From assembly GCA_030704615.1 (NCBI GenBank), contig CM060731.1:77376001-77440000 (forward strand): a DNA stretch of 64,000 nucleotides, given 5' to 3'. A model generated the notes under the pieces. That model was not told the origin of the DNA, searched no databases, and saw only the letters and a program-made list of their open reading frames with translations. Made by a program: the position numbers and the translations under genes. This document shows positions 25,741 to 37,919 of this stretch, piece by piece (within the stretch, counting starts at the first letter, position 1; the number at the start of each line of letters is the position of its first letter). The stretch comes from Takakia lepidozioides. Lineage: Eukaryota > Plantae > Bryophyta.

Positions 25741-25752
25741 ATCGCCCCCCTA
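25741..25752 (-). promoter_or_regulatory. Polypurine tract of family B
   Basis: TAGGGGGGCGAT immediately before X. Equivalent sequence at ~61276-61287. Confidence 0.65.
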
Positions 25753-25999
25753 GCTGGTGCTTAGGTCCCTCTAAGTCCAGGTAGCCACAAGATGTGATAG
25801 TGACCATAGCCTCACTAAGTCCTCCACCACTATCCCTACTACACTCAAACTCGATAGATCAAGAGGTGGGTGTAAGAGTTGCCCCATCGTTAGTCGCCGT
25901 CTTGCAACCTGTGAACTTGAGCTTGGGATCTCATGTATTGACTCCTATGAGCTTGGCCTCCCATGTCTTGTTAGCTGCCTCCAGTCATGTCCACTGCCA

Positions 26000-27309
26000 C
26001 TATCCCAAGCAGTGTGGACACAACCAATCTCCGTCAGGAACCTTCTCAAGAGGTGGTGTCAAACATCCCATATGCCAACCCCTTGAGCATCGATCACACA
26101 CCAGCATGGTGGCTGCCCCTTTGGCAGACCCACAGAGCATGCACCTCAAACCTGCAGGTACCACTGCCAAGTTTGGGTCAACTCTGCCATCAACATTGGG
26201 AAGGTGACATGGCGCACAATTACGCACATGGTCCTTCCAAGTCATGCCATCCTGACCCTCCAAGATCAGGACCCCTGAGGGCAACACCTCTCGAACCCTC
26301 AGAATAACACGCCCTGCAGTAACATCCAGAGTCGTAGGAGCAGTCTGCTGCAAATAAACATAGTCACCAGGGCTAAACCTCCGAACCCCAGGACGATATC
26401 CTCCACCACGTATAGTGGCATACCTCAACGTATCACGGTGCTGTGCAATGGCAAGGTTCTCAAAAGCCATGGGCATGACTTTCTTGAACAACTCTGCACG
26501 TTGATCACATGCACGTACCCACACGTCCGGATCGTCAAGGTTAAGGACTTGAGCAGTGTCCCTACAAATGGCTGCAGGCAAATCCGGCTCTCGGCCAAAG
26601 AGAAGGAAATATGGTGAGAAGGAGGCAAGTGATGCTTGTTTGCTGAACCTGTAGCCCATGGCTAACCAAGGAACCTGAAGATCCCAATCTCCTAGGTGTC
26701 CCTTCTGCAAGCCATACTTGCACAAACCCCTCTTCACCATCTGAACAACTCTCTCTGCCAAGCCATCGGCCTCAGGATGATCCCGAGAAGTGGTGCGGTG
26801 GTCTATCAAGGCTTTATCACACAAAGCTGAAACTCCCCTAAGAACTCTCTCCTTGGTCCGTGAGTACCTCAGCTGGAGCACCAAATCGGCTAAGCACACG
26901 ATCCAAGAATGCATACGCAGCCCCCTCACTAGCCTTGTCAGGCAATGGAACCAACTCAATCCACTTGGAGAAGTGCTCCACCATCACCAACACATATCTG
27001 TGGTGGCGCATAGTCAGTGGCAACGGTCCTGCGAAGTCAAGACTTCCACCTGTAGCCCAATCCCATGATTGGTAAAGGATGCAACTGTGGTGTAGGGGCG
27101 TTGAATGAAGCACGCACCCTGTCACACACCATGCACCTAGCCACGAACTGTTGCACCTCTGTATGCATACCACGCCACCAATACTGCCCTTGCAGTAAAC
27201 TGTGAGTGTGTCGCACTCCAAAATGCCCCGACTCTTCATGGGCATGCCGCACTAACCGTGCACGCTGTGTGGGGTGAGGCACAATCCTCACCCGACCATC
27301 CTCCCACAC
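26000..27309 (-). pseudogene. Family B DDE integrase with C-terminal PHD finger (frameshifted)
   Basis: HEESGHFG..CMVC zinc motif; SLDFAGP, VLTDQG, HPEADGLAERVV. PHD CMLC...LVCDRCSRGWHMGCLTPPLEKVPDGDWLCPHC (C4HC3) at ~26000-26145. Confidence 0.92.
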
Positions 27310-28892
27310 TCGAAGTAGGTGTATCCCCTCCCACTTGAACCTCTTGGCTCGTTGCAGGATCCGATCCCTCTCCTGGCAGTCACAGTGGCTGCCGTGTCTC
27401 CCGTGCGGAGGTAGTCCAACACAGCCGAATCCTCATGTATATCTCTGGCACCACCTGGCTCATCACTAGCCTCAGGGTCCTCAGACACTCCGTCTACAGT
27501 CATCCCTGTTGTAGGTCCAACCTGACCTCCCGATGCCAAGATACACAAAAATGCAGATGCGTGCCATCCCTGCACCATCTCCTCGTCCGTCTCACCATGC
27601 CACCGAGCTCCAGTGTCATCGTGTTGGCTCGTGCATGGATTGCGACTCAATCCATCCGCATCCCGATTGACCAAACCCGGTCGATGCACAACCTGAAAGT
27701 CATACTCCTGGAGTATGAGTGCCCACCGTGCAAGCTTCCCCGTAAGCTTGTCTGACTCAATCAACCACTTGAGTGGTTGGTGATCCGTGACAAGGGTGAA
27801 AAGATTGCCGTATAGATAGCACCTGAAGTGTGCCACGGCCCATACTGCAGCTAAGCACTCTCCCTCATATGAGCTGTACTTAGCCTCTGCAGCGTTGTTC
27901 GAGCGGCTAGCATAAGCCACTACGAACTCTCTTCCCTCATCATCCACCTGTGTGAGCACCGCTCCAAGCCCCAGCATGCTCCAATCCGTATGCAGCTGAA
28001 AGGGACGCCCCCTGATAGGTCGTCTCAGGATAGGCGCCGAGGTCAACCTCACCTTGAGCTCTTGAAAAGCTCGTTCCTGCTCATCTTCCCACTGCCACTC
28101 CAACCCCATGAAAGCTCGAACTCGGCTCACATCCGTGGGGCGTGGAATTTATGCAATGGCCTCTACCTTAGTCTGCTGTACCCCCAATCCTCCAGGATAT
28201 ATCATGTGACCCAGATACTCAATCTGGTTGTGGAAAAACTTGCACTTCCCCGGATGCAACTTCAATCCCTGCGCTCTCAAGCGTTCCAATACCACCTGAA
28301 GGTGTCTCTCATGCTCCTCCATCGTAACACTAAAGATGATGATGTCATCTATGTAGCACCGAGCAAAGTCCACCCCTAGAATCCTATCCATGACTCTCTG
28401 AAACTCTGCAGGAGCATTCTTAAGCCCAAAAGGTAAGAACCGCCACTGATATAGGCAATCCTTGCCATGCTCATTGATCCCCCAGAATGCCGTCTTCTGC
28501 TTGTCCGCCTCCTTGATTGGCAACTGGTGATATCCGGATCGTAAATCCAAAGTGCTAAAGGCCTTAGCATGCCCGATGGCATCAAAGATCTCCTCTGGTG
28601 TTGGCATGGCATACTTATCGGACTTGGTCTGACGATTTACAGGCCGGTAATCACCGCACATACGTCTCTCCGTCCAATTGCCATAGACATCCTTCTTGGC
28701 TGGCATCACTGTGGCTGAAGCATACTCTCCACCAGAGAGCTCCACCAAACCTGCCTCCCAGAGATCTTGAGTCCTCATCTGAATCAAAGACCTCTCCATG
28801 TCACTGTATCTATAGGGTCTCCGAAAGATTGGCGTGTCAGTGGCCAACTCAATACGGATCTCTTGACCCTTCAGTGCTCCCAAGTCCTTCAA
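27288..28892 (-). pseudogene. Family B reverse transcriptase and RNase H
   Basis: [34 protein letters not shown]; LHTDWS, YSSYEGECLA, TDHQPL, DADGLSR. Confidence 0.93.
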
Positions 28893-29349
28893 ACTGAAGG
28901 CAAAGCAATTCCTGTAAGCCCTCAGGAACCGCCGTATACGTGTCTCTCTCCTCCGGTGACAATGGGTCCAATGTCAGGCTCCCAATTGTCCTCCGTAACT
29001 GCAACCTTAAGTCCAGTGGGCTTAGAGGTAGAGGACGCGTCCAGTGGTTGCTATGTTGCAACCTCTTGAGCAGTACTCCCTGCCTGCTCAGTCAATGACA
29101 AGGCCTCATCCTGTCCCATCATCTCATCCTTGAGGACCTCCTCAACCCGGAAGAATCCCCAACCTCATCCATCACAGCCGCCTTGGCTGCCAACTCCCTC
29201 TGAACCTCGAGCACCTCCCACGTGTGCCATGGATGCATGCACCCCGTGGTCCTCACATGCTCGCCCCCACTCACTGCCTGTACCGTCTCGGTAGGCAGAG
29301 AGACCATCGAGGGAAGTGTACTCCGCACTTTGCGTTGCTCAGCCAGAGC

Positions 29350-30300
29350 CAAGCTGATAATCCAGGTCAAGCAATTGAGATCCATTGCTTGCCCCAACAC
29401 TTGACGACGTGATGCCTCAGAAAGAGATGACACCGTCGTGGTACCAGTGGTAAAACCCATTGCCCGCTCACGCTGTCAGCATTAGGCTCCACTAACTGCT
29501 GCAACTGAGCATCCCACAGGAGGCCAGGTCCACTATCCCGGAAAGCATGCGATCCATGGGAAGCTGAGCAGTGTAGGTAATGCTGCTCGTGGTTGACCCA
29601 CCTTGTTGACCACTGCCAAAGGCGAACGGTCATCGTGTCTCACACGCTGAGACTGCCTCCCTGTGTCCAGAATGCTATCCACTGTGAGATGTGCTGGCCG
29701 CTGCACCCCATCAAATGCACGCTTGAGCAGTGCGGGTGGCATCAAGTTAGTCCACCATAGCCGTGGACGATGAGCCCGTGACCCCACTGTAGCTGCATCT
29801 AGCAACACTGCTGACCCAAGCCACGACCGGACTTGATGCACACTGGCCATCACCCTGGCCCGAGAATCGCCCATCAGTGGCACATTCTCCAAGATGTATG
29901 CTGGAGATACAGCTTGATGAAGCTGCAAGTGGCGCAAAACCCGCACCATCTCCCAAAACAGACCCGACCTCGAGTCTCGCAATCCATTGCCATGCCCGGC
30001 TGATGAATGCCCTTGGCAGGGCCAACCTGCCACTACCAGATCAATGGAGCCAACCCGCTCCAAATCCTGCGCCCCCAGCAACGTAATGTCTGCTGGCAAG
30101 GCCTGCTGATATCCACGAATTGCAGACACCGACAACAACTCAGGGTACCGCTGCACCAACTGAGCAACATGGCGAAGTGAAACGCGTCGTGCAGTCTCAT
30201 CCCTCTCCACATACAGGTAACGCCGAACTCGTACACCTGCCTGTAACACAGCAGCCAATCCGGTGCTGATCCCGCCAAACAAGTCCAGAAGACAAATGCC
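29350..30300 (-). pseudogene. DNMT3-like C5 cytosine methyltransferase domain within pol (copy 1)
   Basis: Motif I LDLFGGIST; II YVERD; IV AGWPCQG; VI ILENV; VIII RAHRPRLWWTN; IX/X MGFTTGTT...RRQVLGQAMD. Motifs I-VIII are in one ORF (29533-30882) in frame with the protease C-terminus. Frameshifts lie before IX/X. Confidence 0.93.
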
Positions 30301-30699
30301 TTCATCCGGATACTGCCACACAATAGGTGTGGTGTCCAATGGAGACAATTGAGGTGGTCCTGGTGCAATCCCCGCACTCTCCTCCTCTCTTGACGGTACA
30401 AAAGCCTCCACCCAGGCTTGTTGCACCCGTCGATCAGCATCCCGCTGCAAATCCTTGCTCGTGCCCCACAATAGAGTCTGAGCAACCATGGTAGGCAACT
30501 CCGCCATACCATACATGTCATCCTGCTCTCTCGGAGGTGGCACATCCTCTGAATGAGCGTTGCCCTCAAGCAACTCTCTAGGCCAACTCACTGCCACTGT
30601 GAATGCTGCTAGTGTCGGCATCTTGCCTCGCTGGGCAACCGCAACTCCTCCTATGAACGTCACAGGGAGCTGCACACGCCGGCCCTCCCCTGACTGCCA

Positions 30700-31746
30700 T
30701 GCAGGCCTATAGGAAGCTGACTCCTCCCAAAAATCCAGGGTGAAGCCCATGGGGTACAACACTGCCCCACCAACCAGGACATCGTATGAGATTGCGTCTG
30801 TCACAATGGCCATGGCTCGCATCACTGAGCCATCTGTAGGGTGATCCGGCCGTAGTCTGATAGCCATCTCATGCCGTGTCATGCCCCGAGCCTGCTCCGA
30901 TCTTCCCAGAGACGTCTGTATCTGGAAAGGACCTCCGTGAGGCCCAAGCCTGCTATAGCAGCTCTGCCCAGCATCAATGGCTGAGCTCCCGAGTCCAACA
31001 AGACCCGCAGTGGCCGGTACCTCTTGCCTGCCGGTCCACTCAAACAGAAAATGCCATCCTGTTTGTCTAACATGACAACTCCAGGTGTCACCATGGTGCG
31101 CTCAATGGCTGGCCTAGCTGGCAGCTCCATCAACCTGGCAGCTGCAGCTTGCCATGGCGCCACCGTGGCAGTCTTGACCCTCAAATCCGAGGATCCCTCC
31201 GGTACTACACCTCCCACTATCTCCGCAGAAGATGAAGTAACCTCCCTACTTTCACAAAGTAGCTGCCAGCCTGAACACCTCAGCTGGTCTTACCCCCGGC
31301 GTCGCAATCATGGTAGCCAAGAACAATGAAGCCTAACACACAGATGTGGCCGCTCCTAGCAGCACACTAGCTGCCGTAGCCTTGGCAACACTAGGTAGTG
31401 GTGCTACCCGTGTAGCTCTCCCCAATGGCATAGTAACCTCCGCCTCGATAACAGTCGGGCGAGAACTAGGTGCCATGGATGGCGTCGACACTGTCTCCGC
31501 CAATGTGAATGACTGAGGAAGCCTAGCCTGACGGCTTGCCTCCCCACGCTGTGGATCCAACTCCACCTCTGCACCTCGTGGCTCAGGAACTCGTGCTGCT
31601 CCTCGAGTCACGGCTGCAGCAGACTCCACTTGCACTAGTGGTAGTGCTGCTCCACACATGAATCCCATGCCTCCCATATCTCCTCCCTCGGGAGCAGGAG
31701 GTGGACCATCCGGCCTTAGATCCGGTACCACCTGAGCTGTAGCCAT
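30700..31746 (-). pseudogene. Family B aspartic protease region
   Basis: RVLLDSGAQ and YDVLVGG motifs. Frameshifts, including a 16-bp deletion at ~30930 relative to copy 2. Confidence 0.8.
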
Positions 31747-31767
31747 GGCAGCGAGCCTCTGCTCTAG

Positions 31768-33210
31768 CTACTGAAGCCGGTTGGCCATCATTGGTCAACA
31801 CCCTGACCTCCGCGTCCTTGGCCATGTTGAGCTTGCCCTTGGCCTGCACCTCGTGCCGGCCACCTCGTCCTCTCTGGGCTGCTCCACCTCGCCCCCGGCC
31901 ACCATTGTTCCCTTGGAACTGGCCTGGGCACAACTCAGGATGCAAACCATAACACTGGGCCTCTACATGCCCGTGCTTGCCACAATGCCACACTGCAACT
32001 GTGCAGGCTGTGCATGTGCCGGCCCTTTGCCTCCCTTTGGGCAATCCTTCCTGACATTGGGTCCTCCACATGTCCAGCACACCACATCCGCCCGTTGTTG
32101 CCCAGCAAATGAAGGGAGAGACCCCTGCATCTGAGGTCCTCTCTGCCCTTCCCTGAGCTTCACCTGAGCCCCCTTGTTGCCTTGAGCACGTTGAGGTAGT
32201 GGTTGGCTAGGAGCACCACTACCCAGTGGTGTCTCCTTAGCAAATCCCACCATGACCACTCGTTCCTCCACCATGTTGAGCTCTATCCGCTCTGCCAGCA
32301 AAAACACATTTGCTAAGGTGGGTTGGGCCGCTTGTAGGAGAGTTGCATCCCGCACCCTTCTCCTCAGCTCCTTGTCCAATATCCCATACCAGAATTGGAC
32401 TGCCTGAGCTTCCGTAACCCTTTGGGTTACATTTATCAAGCGCCTCATGCGAGTGAAAGCCTCCCTCAAGCTCTCGGTCGGCTTCCGTTGGAACTCTTGC
32501 AAGCTCCGCAACTTCTCTGTCCTCACCCCTTGGTAGTTTCCTCTCAACTCTTCGAAGAACTCCACAACAGGGTTGAAGGCAGGCACGGGTACTAGTGCTG
32601 GTGCGGTAGTGGCTTGGGTGGACGTTGTAGCTATTGTACCACCAGTCCCACTAGTCCCTCTACTACTTGCTGAAGCTGCCGGTGCAGCGGTAGGTGTAGC
32701 CACTGCCCTCGTGGCTCTAGTGCCCCTAGTGATGGAGACATAGTCAGGTGACCAATACATCCTCCACTCCTCGATCTCAACCTCATGCCCCCGCATGAAC
32801 TCATGGTAATCATCCATAGGCCGCCCCTCAAGGTGCTGAAACAACCCTTTCCATGCCATGAACGGCGTAAATAGTTGTGGATTGTGCATTGGCTGCAAAT
32901 CACACCAACTATCAAACTCTTGGATAAAATCATCCAACTCGATGGTGCCCACCGCCCCAGAGTACCTTCGTGGCCCCTTGGTAGCTCCATACATCTCCTC
33001 CATTGTGTCCCACAACAATGGCAAAGAAACAACTTGCACCGCCGGTATGAGTCCTCCTGATTCACAATCCGAATCAGAACCTTCCGTATATGACACAGGA
33101 GGTGAAGGTGGCCTAAACCGCACACCTCGTCTCGTGTACCCACTAGTATCGCTAGTGCTCGAACCGGCACTGTCCCCAGCAACTAGTGGCACCTCCGTGT
33201 TGACACTCAA
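31768..33210 (-). pseudogene. gag: Family B gag (copy 1)
   Basis: FQRKPTESLREAF capsid-like motif and CCHC-like knuckles. Frameshift near 31990. Confidence 0.85.
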
Positions 33211-33629
33211 CCGGTCATGAACATGTCCCTAACCCCATCTCCACAAGGTAACCGGGTAGAGAACCTGTTGCGGCTTATGGTTTGGAATACTAAGTTCCTA
33301 ACATAGCCTACACCTGTACCTGCATCCACCGCAAGCACTCTTGCATGACCATGGGAATATCATGAAGATACTCCTCAAACCGCCCTCCACGAGCTTCAAA
33401 ATTCGGCCTTCAAGACCACATGCCAGTCCTTAGGCAGTCCACCAGTGCCTCCACGAGTCAGCACAGGCCATCCATAGGTCAACACGGGCCACCACAGACC
33501 AGCACAGGCCCACACAGCTCACTGGTCACAGCCGTCACAGTCCCACAGGCCATTGGGCACAGCCTGTCACAGCCCGCCACAGCCTGTCACAGCCCCTCAT
33601 CGCCCGTCATAGCTCGCCACAGCTTGCCC

Positions 33630-36127
33630 TTGTGCCCCCTTCCCCCTACCCCTTCCTTTCCCCACACCACCAGCAACATCCTTTCCCTTTGCCTTTCTAC
33701 CTCTACCCGGGGTATCCTGAGCGGGAGGCTCCTTCTCTGCAAGAGTCCGCAAATTTCTATCATGAATGTCGAGGTCGGCTGCTGCGGCGGTGGCTGCTAT
33801 ACGCTCATTTTCTCTCCTCAAAGACACCTCCTAAGCTGGGGTCTCAGAAGGAGGGCAATCCAAATACCAACCACAAGCAAAAAGATGGTCTGGGCCCCAG
33901 TCATGCAAGATCCCAGTAGTAAACATGGTCTGGTTGCCACCAGGGACAAGCCAAAGGTCCACGAAATCAGGATGTTTGTCCAAGCAGTTCTCTTCCATGA
34001 GAACAAACTTTATGTACCTGCAGGAACAGAGACAGCCTCATTATGCAATGCAATTATTGTCTCTCAGCTTTTCCACCACATCAGGAAGACCCCCTAAAAC
34101 AGTATGCGGCACAGTACATTGCAACCACCGCACACAAAATAGCCTGAAGGGCCCAGGGTGTGCACCTTGGTGTTACTACACAAGGATAGAACAAATGAGT
34201 GTGCGGCACCGCAAACTCATATGAGCCAGCCCAAAACAGGTTGGATGGAAGAGAGTGTGTATTTGCAAAACAAAGAAGCACAGTCCATTTCGCACCTGTA
34301 AAGGCATCGTTTCCAGGCTTCCTCTCCTTTCTCTTGCTGGTCAAGCTCATTTGTTCGACTGATGCCACCCTCCTTGCTGAACTCTCTGAAGAAACAAGAG
34401 TGCCACACTGTGGCTCTCCATTTCCTCATGTATGCTTGGAAGGAGACCTTCGGTGCTGTCATGTGGATGCCATAGTCAGCCAGCTGAGTATGTAGAACCG
34501 ACCGGGCCCTTTCCTCCAACTGCAAAACAATTCAAATGCAAGAATGAACCAAAAAACAATCACAGCCAATGTAACAGCCAATGCAAAGAGAAGGACAGAA
34601 AAAGCAAAAAGAAAGTGACATAGCAAAGGACATCATACCTGGCTCCGGTAAGTGGCATTGTGAAGCCATGTGTCCAGCACATTTTCACTGACAGGAATGA
34701 CACGTTGGGTCTTCTTCTCTTTCTCTGGCTTGGGGAACATGTGGGTATCCCTAATAGTGGGATCGGAGTTCCATATCTGTAGCCACTTCACCTTCTGTTC
34801 TGAAGACACAACGGCGGTAGACAACCTGTGTAACTTCTCCTGGGCCATCTCTGGCTTGCCTGACTTGTTGTAATGGTTTTTCACCTCCAGAAGAAACTGC
34901 GATCCGAATGATGGGTCGGCAATTCTCAACTGCTTAACAAAAGCACTCCTTCTTGTGGCAGTCATCTCTTTCTTGATGTGACTCTCAACCCCTTTTGCTG
35001 TCCTTCTCTCCTCAGGGGTAGAGCTGTAGTATTCCAGTTTGCCACGCTCTCCTACATCTGCAATGTCTTGCTGCAAGGGAATGCACGAGAGTTGAATCAA
35101 CCCAAGGGCAAGGGAAACAAACAGAAACAAACATGTGGAAGCAGGAATATTGAAAGGCCAGATGATGGAAGATGTATCTCACCGCGTACATGTACTCCAT
35201 GAAACGGGTCAACGAGTACCACGTTTATGATGTCTTGGAGCTTTCACACTTCTTGTACGTCTCTGCTGAAAGGATGGTCTTGAAGTTGGTCAAGGGCATC
35301 TGTCCGATCCTTTGTATCCTGTACAGTGTGTGAACCAGACTCGTTTTGACATGCGATATCTCCGTCCCTCTGCAGAATGATATGTGAAAGTCAGAATGAA
35401 AATCAAGAACCGTCAACAGAGGACTGGAACAAAAGAACCACAAAACCACAACTGGAACATGTAGGATGAGAAACCAACCTGTTCACATCATTCATTGCCG
35501 TCAGAAGACCCATCATGTTCCCGTCACAATCCAGCACCATCGATCGAACAGAGTAATGCCACTCTTCCTCCTGTGAGTGCAGCCTCCCAATGACAGCCAT
35601 CCATGCAAGCAACCGGTGGTTGCCATCCCATACGTGAAACATCTTCCCTGAGAATCCCTGGGTCGAAGGTTTCCTGGAGAGAAGAAATTCGTGAGATCTC
35701 CACATGTGTTTACATAATTTGCAAGTTCAGACTGGTCCATCACTGCACCAGCCACCTTGTTCACCTGACTCCAAATGGGATCCCAGGAGTCCACGATTGA
35801 CTCATCCACAAGGAGCTCATTGCCTCTGGAATCCTTTGTAGAGATGTAAAAGACTGCGGATCCATCCAAATACCCATGAACAAACTCGGCCTCCAGCTTC
35901 AGGATGTCCTTGATGAGGGGTGGACGAACGATGGGCATGGAAACCAACCTACACAGGGGGATCTTCAACCTCCCACCCGGGGCAAACATACTTTGCACCA
36001 CAAGCTGAGAATTTACCTTCTGACCCCCCAGCATCTCAGCGGCTTTGCTTTCATAGAACTCATCGTCCACATCAGCAATGATCTCCATCCCCTCCCCCGA
36101 AGGGTTCTCATCCGCCACCATTTGCAT
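33630..36127 (-). pseudogene. Multi-exon pseudogene with a ParB/Srx-like DGNHR motif, probably TE-borne
   Basis: KIPLCRL..VRP and FHVWDGNHRLLAW. GT-AG junctions join exons at about 36127-35479, 35369-35183, 35057-34639 and 34520-34018. In-frame stops and frameshifts. Confidence 0.6.
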
Positions 36128-36229
36128 ATTCTCCTACACGGTTGTTCATTCAAACTGATATAAGAGAGAGGCAAGAACAGATGGTGTTATGAGTATGGCA
36201 GGTAGGCCCGATCTGGCCCAATTTCACAT

Positions 36230-37910
36230 GAGAAAACAAGCATTGTGCGTGCCAAAAACAGTGTGCGTTGCCGCACACTGTTTGAGCTTCCAATAATTAT
36301 TTGAACATGGCACACTGCCCATGAGTGGCCTATTTTCAAATCTAAAAACAGGCAGAGAGTGGGGAACAGACTGTGTGCGTTGCCGCACACTGCTTCAGCT
36401 TCCAAATAGGGGTGTTTTCAACATGACATTAGGCCCTATGTGGCACATTTCCACATAAAAAAACATGCAGAGAGGGGGCCACACACTGTTCGTTCTTCCA
36501 AGTATGGGTGTTTTGACCATGCATACTGGCCGTGTTTCGCCCAATTTCACATCAAAAAACAAGCAGAGAGGGGGCCCAAAATAGTGTGCGTTGCCGCACA
36601 TTATTTGAGCTTCCAATAAGGGGTGGTTTGAACATGGCGTAGTGGCCCTGGACTGACGATTTTCAAATAAAAAAACAGGCAGTGAAGGGGGCACAAATAG
36701 TGTGTGTTGCCGCACACTGTTAGAGCTTCCAATTCGGGGTGGATTCAACCTGCCAGAAGGGGCCTATTTGGCCGATTTTCACAACAAACAACAATCACAA
36801 AAAGGGGCTCAAATAGTGTGCGTTGCTGCACACTGTTTGAGATTCCAATAAGGGGTGCATTCAACCTGACAGAGTGGCCCTATGTGGCCGTTTTGCACAT
36901 CAAAAAACAAGCTAAAAAGTGGCACAAAAAGTGTGCGTTGCCGCACACTGCTCGAGCTTCCAAATAGGGGCAGAATGACCCTTACAGAGAGGCCCCTGTG
37001 TGCACGATTTTCACATGAAAAAAACAATGACAAGGGGGGCTCAAACAATGTGCGTCAACGCACACTGTTTGAGCTGCCACGTAAGTGTGGATCGGACCTG
37101 ACAGAGATGCCATTTGTGGCCGTTTTGAACAAGAAAAACAAGGCAAAAAGCAAGGCAAAATGGGGGCTCAAACAGTGTGCATTATTGCACACTGTTTGAG
37201 CTTCCAAATAGGGGTGGAATGAACCTTACAAAGAGGCCCCTGTGTGCACGATTTTCACATGAAAAAAACAATGACAAGGGGTGCTCAAACAGTGTGCGTT
37301 GCCGCACACTGTTTGAGCTGCCAGGTAAGTGTGGATTGAACCTGAGAGAGATGCCCTAGGTGCCCGATTTTCTCATCAAAAAACAAGCAAAAAAGGGGGC
37401 TCAAACAGTGTGCGTTGCCGCACACTGTTTGAGCTTCCAATAAGGGGTGATTTGAACATGGCATAGTGGCTATGAGTGGCCGATTTTCAAATAAAAAAAT
37501 AGGCACTGTAGGGGGCACAAACAATGTGCGTGCTGCACACTGTTCAAGCTTCCAATGAGGGGTTTTTACAACCTGCAGAGTGGGCCCATGGTGGCCGAAC
37601 AAGCAATGACAAAGGGGGCTCAAACAGTGTGCATTGCCGCACACTGTTCGAGCTTTTGATGAGGGGTATTTACAACCTGCAGAGTGGGCCTATGGTGGCC
37701 GAACAAGCAATGACAAAGGGGGTTCAAACAGTGTGCGTTGCCACACACTGTTTGAGCTTTTAATAAGGGGTGGATTCAACATGGCAGAGTGGCCCTATGT
37801 GGCCATTTTTCACATCAAAAAACAAGCACAAAAGGGGGTGGAATGAATCTTACAGAGAGGCCCCTATGTGCACGATTTCATATGAAACAAACAATGACAA
37901 AGGGGGCTCA
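36230..37910. repeat. Tandem array of ~105-125 bp units with a palindromic core
   Basis: About 14 copies of AAACAGTGTGCG-TTGC-CGCACACTGTTT-GAGCTTCCAA. Confidence 0.9.
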
Positions 37911-37919
37911 AGCATCACA

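Larger units (their letters stand above)
25036..33620 (-). mobile_element. Family B copy 1: DNMT- and PHD-encoding Ty3/gypsy element, 5'-truncated
   Basis: Near-identical to the reverse complement of ~52900-61486. Order is gag, PR, DNMT, RT, RH, INT, PHD, PPT, then X-Y-X terminal repeats. Confidence 0.93.

Noticed and set aside
28090-28115. ~80-bp deletion in copy 1 RT/RNase H linker as another spliced intron
   Set aside because: It ends in CAG but has no GT donor, and the comparison copy is error-rich there.
29350-30300. Bacterial restriction-modification methylase contamination or a host DNMT gene
   Set aside because: It is intronless, fused in frame within pol, and at the same position in two TE copies.
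25036-33620. DIRS/PAT/Ngaro tyrosine-recombinase element, suggested by the split repeats
   Set aside because: No tyrosine recombinase ORF. There is a gypsy HHCC-DDE integrase, a protease and, in copy 2, a TSD.
36230-37910. CRISPR array
   Set aside because: The intervening sequences are long and homologous to each other, the repeats are degenerate, there are no cas genes, and the context is eukaryotic.
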